From: Fistulifera solaris
Lineage: Eukaryota
NCBI GenBank assembly: GCA_030295235.1
Contig: AP026124.1
Coordinates: forward strand, 930,001 to 994,000
Length of the DNA: 64,000 bases
Direction of reading: 5' to 3'
Shown: positions 26,008 to 36,642 of the stretch, one piece after another
How positions within the stretch are numbered: position 1 is the first letter of the stretch
How the letters are laid out: each line of letters opens with the position of its first letter
The notes under the pieces: model-generated
Database searches by the model: none
What the model saw: only the letters and a program-made list of their open reading frames with translations
What the model was told of the DNA's origin: nothing
Translations under genes and position numbers: made by a program

Positions 26008-26597
26008 CCTATCGAAGTCAAGTAGCGCAGTCTCCTTTAATTTTGTGACACGACTTTTGAGTCGATATAACTCGAGAACACGAGAACCCATATCATCGTT
26101 TGACAAGAGGAAAATTATTTTTGGTTAGTCTATAGTCAAAGGAAAAAGGTCTGCGAGCTTTTAAGCTAGGCTTACGAAAAATTCTATTTCGACCGGAGCC
26201 ATTCGAGACTCTGCTTTGCACCAAAGAATTTATCATCTTCCCTCTAGCATGAACGTATTGTAGAAATAACATTAATTGTCATCGATTCGCATCCGAAATG
26301 TCGATCATACGACAGATGCAACGCTTCGAATGTCTACGCCTACGCCTATTTCACGTAGCCTCGATGTGGGGGTACCCGGATATCATGAATTTCGATCTCA
26401 CCCATTTTTGGAAAGTCTATGTTTGCCTCGAACTGTCATCGTATCTTTCGGAAACATGTTTGAAATGTTTGAAATCTTTTCGTCAAACAACAGTCGGTAT
26501 CCATTTGAAGTCGAAATGGAAGGGAACAGTGAAAATGCAAGGCTTAGCTATTTGGCTATCGTACTGGTACCAGTTACTCAGCAGTAGGGGTCGATGG

Positions 26598-26621
26598 CAG
26601 ACAGACAGACAGACAGACAGA
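26598..26621. repeat. (CAGA)n microsatellite
   Basis: cagacagacagacagacagacaga. Confidence 0.85.
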
Positions 26622-27063
26622 CGCCGCCCGCCAGCTGTCTGTCATTCAACCGTTTTATTGCTTACCTGCCTACTAAAACGAAGCGCCCTATCGCTCGTTG
26701 TTGTCTCCGTCGTTGGTCAAGGCAACAACAACAATAGTGCTTGAACTTTTTCTTTGAGGTACGGAAATAATCAGACAACAATGTTACAAAGAGATTTCTT
26801 GTTATTGTCATCTAGTTATGGGTTGCTGATGCTTGAGGGTCGGTAACAGCATGGGTCTGCTTTAAGCCAATCGCGCCTCCACAACTGGACGATATGTGGG
26901 ATCTGTAGTCGTAGCAAAGGGGATTACGAAGGATGCTTCGCTCTTTTCGCAAGCAGATTGTTGTTTGTGGCAATTTTTGTAATTTTTCTTGTTGATTAGG
27001 CAAACCAATAGCATCTTGACTCACCCAGCCCTTCATTTTCCTTAGAGTAATACTACATTTATC

Positions 27064-27513
27064 ATGGCAGAAGAAGCCCGCGGTATTTGTGTGCGAGATG
27101 TATCCGCCACTGAATTTATCAAAGCTTACGCCGAACATTTGAAGAACTCGGATAAGTTCGATTTGCCTGTTTGGGCCGATACTATTAAGACGGGAGTGTT
27201 CAAGGAACTCGCCCCTTACGGTGATGACTGGTATTACATCCGTGCTGCCTCTATTGCTCGACGAGTGTACCTTCGTCCTGGAGTCGGTATGGGACAACTG
27301 CAAAAGTGGTATGGAGGCTCTTATCGCCGCGGTGCCCGCACAGAACACTTCCGAAAGGCTTCATCCGGTGTCATTCGCTCCGTTCTTCTGCAATTGGAGG
27401 AGATGAAAGTCGTAGAAAAACTTCCGTCGGGTGGACGCCAAATCACAGTTGTAGGACAACAAGATTTGGACCGAATTGCCGGATCTGTTGTCGCTGCTGC
27501 TGAAGAGGATTAA
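27064..27513 (+). CDS. RPS19: 40S ribosomal protein eS19
   Basis: VRDV..FIKAYAEHLK..PVWADTIKTGVFKELAPYGDDWYYIRAASIARRVYLR..GQQDLDRIA. Confidence 0.98.
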   Translation: MAEEARGICVRDVSATEFIKAYAEHLKNSDKFDLPVWADTIKTGVFKELAPYGDDWYYIRAASIARRVYLRPGVGMGQLQKWYGGSYRRGARTEHFRKASSGVIRSVLLQLEEMKVVEKLPSGGRQITVVGQQDLDRIAGSVVAAAEED

Positions 27514-27711
27514 AAACTAAAGCATTATGTTTTCATGCATTGTTTAGAATATTCAACGATCTTCTATTTTTTTTACACTTGGTGAACTGATCGCGTTACA
27601 CGCTCGACAATTTAGTGCACGACAGCGCAAGGTCTACAATCATCACAATACCCTTAATTGCTATAACGGCTACACTTCTAGAAATATGACGAACAAGGCT
27701 CGAGATCGACC

Positions 27712-29838
27712 TTAAGTTTGGGTCCTTTGAGGGACTGCAAAACTGGACCGTTGAAGAACGCTTCCGTCGTTGTTCTTTGAAGACTTGATTCCTCGCCTTC
27801 TTAACTTTTCAATTTTGTAGTTTGCTTTTTGAAGGTGTGGATGACTTGAACTGTATCCATGATCCGTGAAGATACGAGCTGCTTCTGTGAAGGCATCAAG
27901 AGCTCGACTGTCCTTCTTGACAGCTTCAAAGACGAGGGCCGTGTTGAACAAAACTTCAGCGCAGTCCACGCTTTCTTTGGCGTGGCGTTGGAAGATGTTC
28001 AGAGCTTCCACTAAGAATTTGAGAGAATGAGAATGATTGGCAATCTCAAATTCGGCCACACCCAAGTGATTAAGGGTGCGGGCAATGATTGGGAATTCGG
28101 GCTGGCCAATCTTTCTGCGAACCGAAAGCTCTTGCTTGAAGATTTTTGCCGCATCAGCGTGATTCTTCCTGTCTTTATTGATCAGTGCCATCTCATGCAT
28201 GATCTCTGCAATCATCTCGGCGTCAGTAAGAGCCACAGCCTTCTGGACAAAGAGTGGTAAAGCTTCTTTCATACACTTGAGTGCCTTCTCCAGCTGTCCG
28301 TTACGCCGCAAAACACGACCGAGTCTGTAGTAAGTTTCTCCAACAATAAGACTTTTCGGTCCTTGATTGACTTTGCGCCCTCGAAGGACGCCAAGGTAAG
28401 CAATGGCTGCACGGTGGTAGTCGCTCGTTGCCTCGTACAGTTGAGCCATTCTATTGAGTACCATCGTAGATTCCTCCGAAGAGTAGCCATTGATATCTGT
28501 GTAAATTTTATACGCCTTCTTCAGTGCTTTCATTGCCTTTTCAAAGTATGACGAGCATTCGTAAGTAGTCGCAAGAGTGCATAAGGAAGCAGCTACCGAA
28601 GGGTGTCCAACACCGTGCGTCGCAGCCTTCAGTTTCACAACTTCTTCGAGAATGGCCGCAGATTTTCCAAAGTCGCCTATCGTCACGTGTAATGATGCAA
28701 TTTCATCAACAGTTCGCGACACTTTTTCATGAGAGTCTCCAAGTGCCTCTCTGTAAATCTTTAAGGCCCGTTTAAGTTCCTTGATGCCCTGTGCGTATTC
28801 CTTTTTCTTTCTCAACACTTGAGCTAGGAGGACGTAGCCGTCTGCAACAGAGGGATCAGTTTCTCCCAACAGAGACCGCTTCATAACAGTTGTGTGATAG
28901 TACGTATGGATCGCTTCACTAAAGAGTCCTGCTTCCTCGTAGATATTTCCAAGGCGTATCTTTGCCGCTAGAGTCGTGTCGTTATCATCACCTAATTTGC
29001 AGGAGTAAATCGCGACAGCATCTTTGTGCAGCTGAATTGCTTGCTCGTGCTGCCCATTCTCAAGAAGTACATCACCTAAAGCAACGCTGATATTAGCGCA
29101 TTTGACGTCATATCTTCCGCTCGATGCCACGGTTTCCTTCAATTGGTTCACCAGTACATTGCGCCTCTGCATAAACGCTGATTCGACATCACCATGTCCC
29201 AAATCATCAGATTTGGCTCCATCCATGAACTGAAAGTTATTGAGGTTACTTGTTGCTCTTTCAGTAACGGACCCATCTCCACGACTTCCAATTTCGATCA
29301 GCTCGCTTCCCGCGAACGAGCGTCCTCCATTCACGGAATCATAGCCCACCATTGATGGAAGAGAGTTGAGCTCTCCCAGCAAGTTTCCTGTTCCCTCGTC
29401 TTTTGTTGAAGCCAAAGATAGACCTTCTTCGTCGTTCTCTTGGCCTGTGGTTGAACCCGCAGGACGCGTCCAACTCAACAACGACCACGTGTTCGACTTC
29501 AAGGACTCTTTCTTTTCTTTTGGCTTCGTTTCTTTCTTAACTTCGTCTGTGACCGAGTCAATGCAGGACCACAGTGAATATTTATCAGCGTTTCTTTGTT
29601 TATCACGGATATTTTCAAAGATTGAAGATCGACCCTCGGCATCTTCTCTTTCGCCGCCACCATGCTCTCTCGCGTCTTCGACATAATAACGATCGTCCAC
29701 CCATGCTTTTCCGTTGTTAGCATCTCTAGAGGCCTTCGTTTCTGATTTTTCTGGGGCGTGGAACGACTTATCGATGTTAATACTTTCAGTCATCATCTTG
29801 GGCCGTCCTCGCTGCGCAAGCTTGTTATTTCGTTCCAT
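27712..29838 (-). CDS. TPR-repeat protein (kinesin light chain/nephrocystin-3-like 42-aa repeats)
   Basis: Repeated A+.l.+.ALkIy...LG..H..VA units over the C-terminal ~450 aa; disordered N-terminus. Confidence 0.85.
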   Translation of the reverse strand: MERNNKLAQRGRPKMMTESINIDKSFHAPEKSETKASRDANNGKAWVDDRYYVEDAREHGGGEREDAEGRSSIFENIRDKQRNADKYSLWSCIDSVTDEVKKETKPKEKKESLKSNTWSLLSWTRPAGSTTGQENDEEGLSLASTKDEGTGNLLGELNSLPSMVGYDSVNGGRSFAGSELIEIGSRGDGSVTERATSNLNNFQFMDGAKSDDLGHGDVESAFMQRRNVLVNQLKETVASSGRYDVKCANISVALGDVLLENGQHEQAIQLHKDAVAIYSCKLGDDNDTTLAAKIRLGNIYEEAGLFSEAIHTYYHTTVMKRSLLGETDPSVADGYVLLAQVLRKKKEYAQGIKELKRALKIYREALGDSHEKVSRTVDEIASLHVTIGDFGKSAAILEEVVKLKAATHGVGHPSVAASLCTLATTYECSSYFEKAMKALKKAYKIYTDINGYSSEESTMVLNRMAQLYEATSDYHRAAIAYLGVLRGRKVNQGPKSLIVGETYYRLGRVLRRNGQLEKALKCMKEALPLFVQKAVALTDAEMIAEIMHEMALINKDRKNHADAAKIFKQELSVRRKIGQPEFPIIARTLNHLGVAEFEIANHSHSLKFLVEALNIFQRHAKESVDCAEVLFNTALVFEAVKKDSRALDAFTEAARIFTDHGYSSSHPHLQKANYKIEKLRRRGIKSSKNNDGSVLQRSSFAVPQRTQT

Positions 29839-30266
29839 TTAAAGTGAACGGACGCAACTATTAAACGAAATTGCCCAAAATTTCAAATCCGATCACAATT
29901 AAGTACCGTTTCCCAAGCGATGTCATGTGGATGGAGTTTTAGATATAACGGGTAGGTCGCCAAAGCAAAATAGCTTGTTTTGTATAATATGGCGTATCTA
30001 AACTTTTTCTTAATGAGTCTTTAAAGGCGGTACTCACTTATCGCCGCCGCCTTGTCATTGGCGTTCTGCATACGGCAAGAGCGTGACTGAAATTCAGTCG
30101 CGGTCTCCTCCAACCAACACAGTGATCCTATAGTGACCTGGAACGATTTCGGAGCTTCTCGCACGGCGCAAGGGGAAGGCGTATAAAATTCTTGAGGAAG
30201 CCCTTCGACCGCGATAATTTCGTTTCAGTTGCACCTTGGGCGACAATACGATAAAGGGGACTGCAA

Positions 30267-30967
30267 ATGACGAATGATTTTCCTGATAAAGAGATAAACG
30301 CATCAATTAGTTTCTGGTGAGTATTAATGTCGACCGTCATCCGCAAATGAACCATTCTGACTCCTCGTCGCACTTTCACCATTATCTAGTTGTTGGTTGA
30401 CATTGCTTCCGTGTACCTTTGGAGTTGTTCCATACAAGACTACCTTACTATTAAAGCAAGAAGAAGTCACAAAGACAGATATGTAAGTAAAGGGGTTGTT
30501 TTACGAGCCGCGGGAAGCAGTTGGTAGTTACTCATGTTCTTGAAATTTGTCGTACATTCGAAAACTATCCATCATCAGAGATCTTTGCGGTCGACACACA
30601 TCAAAACGACCTTATGGAGAGCTTGGTCATATTGAAAAGGCAAACTGTTGCTGCTTCGTAAGCGTACGATCAGGATTTGGGGAAATATCACCCGGGTGTG
30701 GATGTGAAAAGGATACCGTGGACGAAATCGTTTTGGAACTCAAACAACGTTTGCGAGCTAGAGGTGACACGGCCCAGATTGCTCGTGCGGAGGAAGCATT
30801 ATCAAAGCTGGGGGAAATTGAAGCAAAGCTTGTAAGTGGTTTGAATATTGCAATCACCGCGGCCGACAAGATGGCCATTATGTCTAATTTTTCCATTGTC
30901 CCAGGATGCAATTCTGTCCCATCTCAACATACCAGAATCAGAAATAATGACTGAACGTGGGAGCTAG
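30267..30967 (+). CDS. Small multi-exon uncharacterised Cys-containing protein (probably 4 exons)
   Basis: GT-AG introns join MTNDFPDKEINASISF / WLTLLPCTFG..EEVTKTD / DLCGRHTSKRPYGELGHIEKANCCCF..ISPGCGC..RGDTAQI / DAILSHLNI...GS*. Confidence 0.6.
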
Positions 30968-31134
30968 TCTAAACTTCACAAAGTTTTTGAGATAACTTTA
31001 AAGAGAAATTTGTGGGCTCTTGTCCTTCCCTTAATTGTCAAAGAGTTTCTTCATCATCCACTTAAAACAGTCATTGAAAGCAGCGATCGACAGGGGGTAA
31101 ACCATTTTAATAATTTAGGAAGGCTAGTAATAAT

Positions 31135-31545
31135 TTAAGCGTCGTCTTCAGTTCGCACACGTGCGTTTCCGTTTGTAACACGGATAGCCAACTGCTCAGC
31201 ACGCTCAATAATTCCTCGTCGAACTCGACTCGAGACCGATTTTCCCACAGTTGCAGCGTAGGTGCGGTTGTGCATCAAAAGCATTTCCAACTCCGATACA
31301 TTGTTGACAACAACAGTCTTGAAGCCATGAGGGTGAATGTTGCGTGTCTGTTTGTCGGAACCGTATCCGATACTGGGCATGGGGATGGCACCCTTGAAGC
31401 GACGACGAACACGTCCATCGATACCCTTGGGCTTTCTCCATGACGAACTTTGAAGACGGACGAATAGATCAGCCTGATGACGGGCGAATTTCTTCGTTCG
31501 CTTTTTGACGATAGTTTTCTTATTCAAAGGAGTTGGTCCTGCCAT
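31135..31545 (-). CDS. RPL32: 60S ribosomal protein eL32
   Basis: [40 protein letters not shown]; true start is MAGPTPL at 31545. Confidence 0.98.
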   Translation of the reverse strand: MAGPTPLNKKTIVKKRTKKFARHQADLFVRLQSSSWRKPKGIDGRVRRRFKGAIPMPSIGYGSDKQTRNIHPHGFKTVVVNNVSELEMLLMHNRTYAATVGKSVSSRVRRGIIERAEQLAIRVTNGNARVRTEDDA

Positions 31546-32116
31546 TTTATAAGATGTTGATCTGAAGAAGAGACGTGAGGGATGATCAATAAAGATAAAT
31601 AAATTGGATACGGATTTCCTCCCAAGACAGCAGCACAGCTGACAAATTCGTCTTATCTGGACTACCGGCGATTTGGATTGGCTATCAGATAAAATGAAGT
31701 TTAATTTCTTACCTCTGCACAAGCTTCTTGACCGAAAACAACTGTTTCAATCATGTCGAGGTGACCGAAGCAATTTTTCAGCGTTCGTTTTAGTAACGCG
31801 GTAAACGCTCGTTTGTCCGTGCACCCGTAAAGAATCGTGGGATCGCGAAACGTGAAGTCGAAACATTATTTAGCTGATAGATACCGGTACGGTTGCTTAG
31901 CTCTAGGGGTGTCTGTTTGGGCTACGATCTATCAAAACTGAATTTCGTGTTTAAATGAAAACGCCTTACGAAGCCTTGTACAATCCGCTAAACCGAGAAA
32001 CGATAACTCTATGTCGAATAGATCACGAGAACGAATAATAGGGACCAAAAAGCTTACTAGGATTATTTGCACAAATTAAAGTCGAGAGATTTTCCGGATC
32101 GCTTTGTCTGAAGCGC

Positions 32117-32970
32117 TTACGTGTCAACAAGATTTTTGTTTGCCCCAAGCATGGCTTGTTTTCGAAAGTCATTCTCGGCAGAGTAAGCAAACGCGTCGTT
32201 TAAAGGTGGTGACTTTGTTGCAGCAGGTGCGCTGGCGTGGGCTCGTTTTGTGATATACCAACCAGCAAAAGAAGTTGCTGCAATACAGAAAATCAGAATC
32301 CCAAAAGTGATGATAAAACTTTTCAAAGCTTCTGGGATGGCCACATCAGGTCGCGTGGACCAGTTGAAAAGAGGTTACCGGAGCATTTCTGCGTGTTCGC
32401 GCCACCTAGGTCATAGTGATCGGAACGAGGATCAGATGTAAAGCCAACTTCTACTTTGGGACGGAACTTGTACTGGTACGAATCCGACTGAGATCCAAAG
32501 TAGAACGTTTCTTGTAAATAGAAATACCCAGCTTGCAGAAAGCCGTTGTTGCAAAGCGTTGTTCCTGCTTTTCCATATATACTAGATACTCCGCAGATAT
32601 CTTCCAGTGCATGTACGTAGACGCTCTCTACTGTTCCATATCCTTGGACATAGACTGCAATATAGGTTGTACTTTGAATGACTTCTTTGACATAAAATTT
32701 CATGTGCACTCTACCCTTGTCGCCAGCTTGACACGTCTCCGAATTCCGATATTTCCCACTGCCGTAATAGTACGTTCCGGGACTGTCGCATGTTATGCTG
32801 AGTTCATCAACCGTAATCAATGAATCTGAACACACAGAAAACTCGCTGTACGTCTTATTACTCGAGCTTTGACTGTAGATATTATAATTGTTGCCGTATC
32901 CATTGTTGTTGCCGCACACCGATGCCACGAAAAAAACAAGCGACAAAAGTGCTTGATGCACGAATTTCAT
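32117..32970 (-). CDS. Uncharacterised Cys-rich type-I membrane protein (paralog A); frameshift near 32365 separates the TM segment
   Basis: Signal peptide, N/Y-rich leader and CDSPGTYYYGSGKYRNSETC motif. TM helix FIITFGILIFCIAATSFAGWYI lies in the adjacent frame. Confidence 0.75.
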
Positions 32971-33709
32971 TTTTTAAGCGTAAGAACGAATCCTCTTTCT
33001 TTCTTTGCAAGTAACGCTATCGTCGATCTCGAATATCGTTTCAATGATTTGCAATGCCACCGTGCAGACATCGGTGCACTGAGCGATTTCGTGAAACAGA
33101 AAAGTGAGAGAGGCGAAGTGCACGAGTTAGCGACGAAAAAACAAATCGAATATATTCTTAAAGTATGAATATGACTCTTCATCTAAGTACTCCAATTTGT
33201 GTACATTTAAATTGCATACGATTGTTTAGTGTTTATTTAGTTGTGGAACCGTCTCTCGCCAACTCCTATATCCCTCATCGTACCGGTACTCATTCTGGCG
33301 CACCGCACACCAATTAAACCGTTTTCACCAGTATAGGGCGGTCAAATGTAGGTCTAGATTGCTCTCCCTACCAAGAGCGACCTCTCCATGGCATGGCTTG
33401 CACCTTGCTCCCTCTTGCTCCCTCTTGCTTTCAAAGTAAATGAAGTGTCCCTCGCTCCCACTTCTACCAGTAAATGTAAAAGTTTGATGAAGAATCATTT
33501 CACATAGTTTTAGTGGATTAAAGTCCGTATGAAACACTACACACTAGCTCCGTACAGTGTGCGAATGATGGAGCAAATTCTCCGTAAGCCTTTCAAGTTT
33601 TGCTATGTGCACTATCTATACAATGGGTTATCACGAAAATTCATATCGTCTTTTCACCAATGGCTGTAGTTGTCTTCCGTTTCATAATTTTCGTGTCCAC
33701 CTAGACCAA

Positions 33710-34441
33710 CTACATTGTCATCATCCTGTTCCGCTTTCGTCCAAACAAACAGAGCAAAAGAAAAAGAACGGCGCACGTTCCAAGAAGTATTCCATTCCTA
33801 GCGAAGAATATTTTGCCGGGTGACAACTGCATATTCTTATTGCTCCATGGAGCATATACAAGGCCGTTATTGTCCCGTCCTGGGCATTCCATATTCACCG
33901 CCCCTAGATTAGATCCATAGTCCATTTGTGAGGAAAACGCAAGCTGAACTAAAGGATAAAAGTGCCTTCGATCCTTGCCATCCGGGGTTCCTAGTTTCAA
34001 ATTTGTCTCGAAACTGTAGGTTCCTTGTCTCGTGCAATCACCACCAATGAAGTCTTGGCAAAAATATGTCGGTTTAATTGTGAATACGAGATTTGACTCG
34101 TCATCGTAAACCCCCAGCGTGATGAAAATGTTTTCGCCGTACTGTAAATTGTCGATGACGCGGACTGTGCCTAAAATATTCATCGTGTCACCATAATTGC
34201 ACGTCTCGGAATTGCGATTGCCGCCATTTCCATAATAGAAAGTATAAGGACTGTCGCAGGAAACAGATAAAAAGGTCATGCGAACGACAGAGTTATCGCA
34301 CACGGAGAGTCTGTAGCTGGATCGTCCGTATGGATTGTAATAATGGTTGTTTCCGCTGTTGTAGTACGCCGCCACGGACCGGAGCGCCAAAGCAAGGGCT
34401 AATAATCTCCGTAACGTAAAAGCTGCTTTCGTACAAGTCAT
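33710..34441 (-). CDS. Uncharacterised Cys-rich type-I membrane protein (paralog B)
   Basis: Signal peptide, N/Y-rich leader, CDSPYTFYYGNGGNRNSETC motif and C-terminal TM GILLGTCAVLFLLLCLF. Confidence 0.78.
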   Translation of the reverse strand: MTCTKAAFTLRRLLALALALRSVAAYYNSGNNHYYNPYGRSSYRLSVCDNSVVRMTFLSVSCDSPYTFYYGNGGNRNSETCNYGDTMNILGTVRVIDNLQYGENIFITLGVYDDESNLVFTIKPTYFCQDFIGGDCTRQGTYSFETNLKLGTPDGKDRRHFYPLVQLAFSSQMDYGSNLGAVNMECPGRDNNGLVYAPWSNKNMQLSPGKIFFARNGILLGTCAVLFLLLCLFGRKRNRMMTM

Positions 34442-34593
34442 TTTATTCCTGATCTTTGGTTATAGGGGGTTGAGATGTCATGGGTAAAAGCTGCCCTGTG
34501 ATTTACAAATAATGGCGTCCATTTTAAGGAAAAATGCTCGCCAATCGCAAGCCGGCTCCCAATTACATCCAAATTATTTAGGCGCTGTGTTTT

Positions 34594-34854
34594 GAAACGG
34601 GGAAATCCTCTTTTTCGGTCTTGACCCCTTTGTCCGTCCCGAGTTTCGAACCGATGACTTGACATTTTTCATTAGTGTACAATCCCGACTTTCGAACAAC
34701 TTTGGGCCGGTACATTAATTTACACAAACTCTACGCTTTCCCGATTTTCGACTAGCCCGATTTTCGGCTCTCTAGTAAGTTTTGTAGCCCGATTTTCGGC
34801 TCACCGAGATTTCTCTGGCCCGACTTTCGGTTCATCGGATTGCCAATGGCCCGA
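34594..34854 (+). repeat. Left TIR of MULE
   Basis: Starts GAAACGGGGAAATCCTC. Reverse complement of 38758-39017, with one substitution and one homopolymer indel seen by eye. Confidence 0.95.
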
Positions 34855-35249
34855 CTTTTGGCTAAATATACATCAAAGCTGTGTTTTTGTATTTTTAAAA
34901 AGATTGGTCAGGTCTACAAGAATAGGATTATTGAATGATTTAATATGGTTTTGAGGGGCGTCTGCAAGGCTTGCAATGCAACAGACAGAGAAACTTGGAA
35001 GACGACGCTTCATAGTCGTGTGCACGTTTTGCCGTGACTTCTTCTTTACGGGACTAGTTTCAGCCCTGCAGGTTTTTCCGTTTTTTCCCAACTCTCAACG
35101 AGCAGGTTGCAACTTCCACCTGAAAAACACTACCATTAATACAATTTATACGTTAAATGTATTAATGGTACCAATATTACACCTTGCCTACAATAATACC
35201 ATCAACCTTTATCAAAGCGGTTACACTACTTTATCACCAAACCGAAATA

Positions 35250-36430
35250 TTACATCAAATGCGACCAGTCGGAGATTGTCACCTGGTTGGTCGCCATACA
35301 AGTTCCATGATCCGTCAACAAGCATTGGGCGCCCCATATGTCAAAAAGATGTCGGCGTAAAGGCATACGTAGCGCCACAATTCCAATCGTCCTTCTGTCG
35401 GAAATTGTCAGGTACAGGGAATCGATGGTAAGTCCAACGTGACATGTCTGGAATTTCTGGTCTAACTTTGTTTAAGCCCCCGTGACACGGCGATTGGCCT
35501 CTTCTTGCTCACTCTTCATCAGACGTATTCGCCACAAAGACCCAAGAGTTTGTGCATGGTCAAAATGATCGTAATCTTTTGAATCAATGGAATAAATCTC
35601 TTCCTTTTCACTGTCAACAATCATTATCCACCAGTGATCGCCGCTGCAGATTGGGAACAGGTGAAGGCCTTCATTGTCCTTGTCGTCTACCGGGGACATC
35701 ATTCTTAGTGCCTTGGCTATCCAATCCAGAGCAAGATTACCTTTACTATCCCGTTTGTTTTCAAGTGACATCAAAACAATTGACCTGTGGGCAAACACTT
35801 TTGGGCAACTGTACATCTTTCTCTTCCATATCCCAATGAACGCGTCCACCATCTTATCCGAAAACCAGGATTTCTTTCCCGCTTTCTTTGGAAGCAAAGA
35901 AAGCTATCAGTGGTGAGGACTATATGTTCATCCTCAAGTGTAATACAGACTACTGCACACTCCTGTCCATTTGCTGCCCGTGGTCGAGGGATTTCCCTCA
36001 TCAGTTCATCTAGAATCATCTCGGAACATCCAGGCTCATGGTAAAATGCGTCAGCTTTCCCTTCCCTGTTCATCAGTCTCTTCTCACGCACTGTCTCCTT
36101 TAGATAGGTACTCAGTCTTTCTCTTAAATTGTCAATGAGATTGGCCACCGCAATTCCTGCATTCCCAGCATCAACTAGAGCGGGTAACGGCGGGTCTTCA
36201 TCCATGGAGTTGTCATCTATCAGCTCAAAATAATCCTGATGGCTGCCTCTTCTTGGTACTTGCTCTGTCACTTTGAGATAGTATTCATGGTCTTGTAGTA
36301 GCATTGTGACATGCTCTTGTGTCAAAAAGAAGTCCTTGTATTTCAATAACAATCTACTCATCACTTTTTCTGATACCACCGCATGACGTTGTCCTCCGAA
36401 TATGGAGGGGCTTTGAGTCGGGCATGTCAA
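35250..36430 (-). CDS. Ulp1/C48 SUMO-protease-like coding region of the MULE (frameshifted; 3' end approximate)
   Basis: WFSDKMVD; LFPICSGDHWWIMIVD..IYSIDS (His, Asp). QKDDWNCG (Gln, catalytic Cys) is read at 35374-35397 in another frame. Confidence 0.8.
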
Positions 36431-36642
36431 TTTTCACTAAAGGAGAATCAAGGAATTCTGAGCCATTGCTTGAACTTGCAGAATCACCGGAAGAGCTTGA
36501 GCTACTTGAACCCGAACTTGTAGAACCACTGGCAGAGCTAGTGCCTGCCCCGTTAGAGTTACTTTCCATACCATTTGTAGTAGCACTGTCGTCACCCAAT
36601 GCACTATACATTTTGGCCATTGCACACACCATCGTCTCTTCC

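Noticed and set aside
34630..34860. Repeat-spacer-like pattern resembling a CRISPR array
   Set aside because: Units are only 11 bp with irregular spacing, are mirrored in the opposite TIR, and there are no cas genes. These are transposon subterminal repeats.
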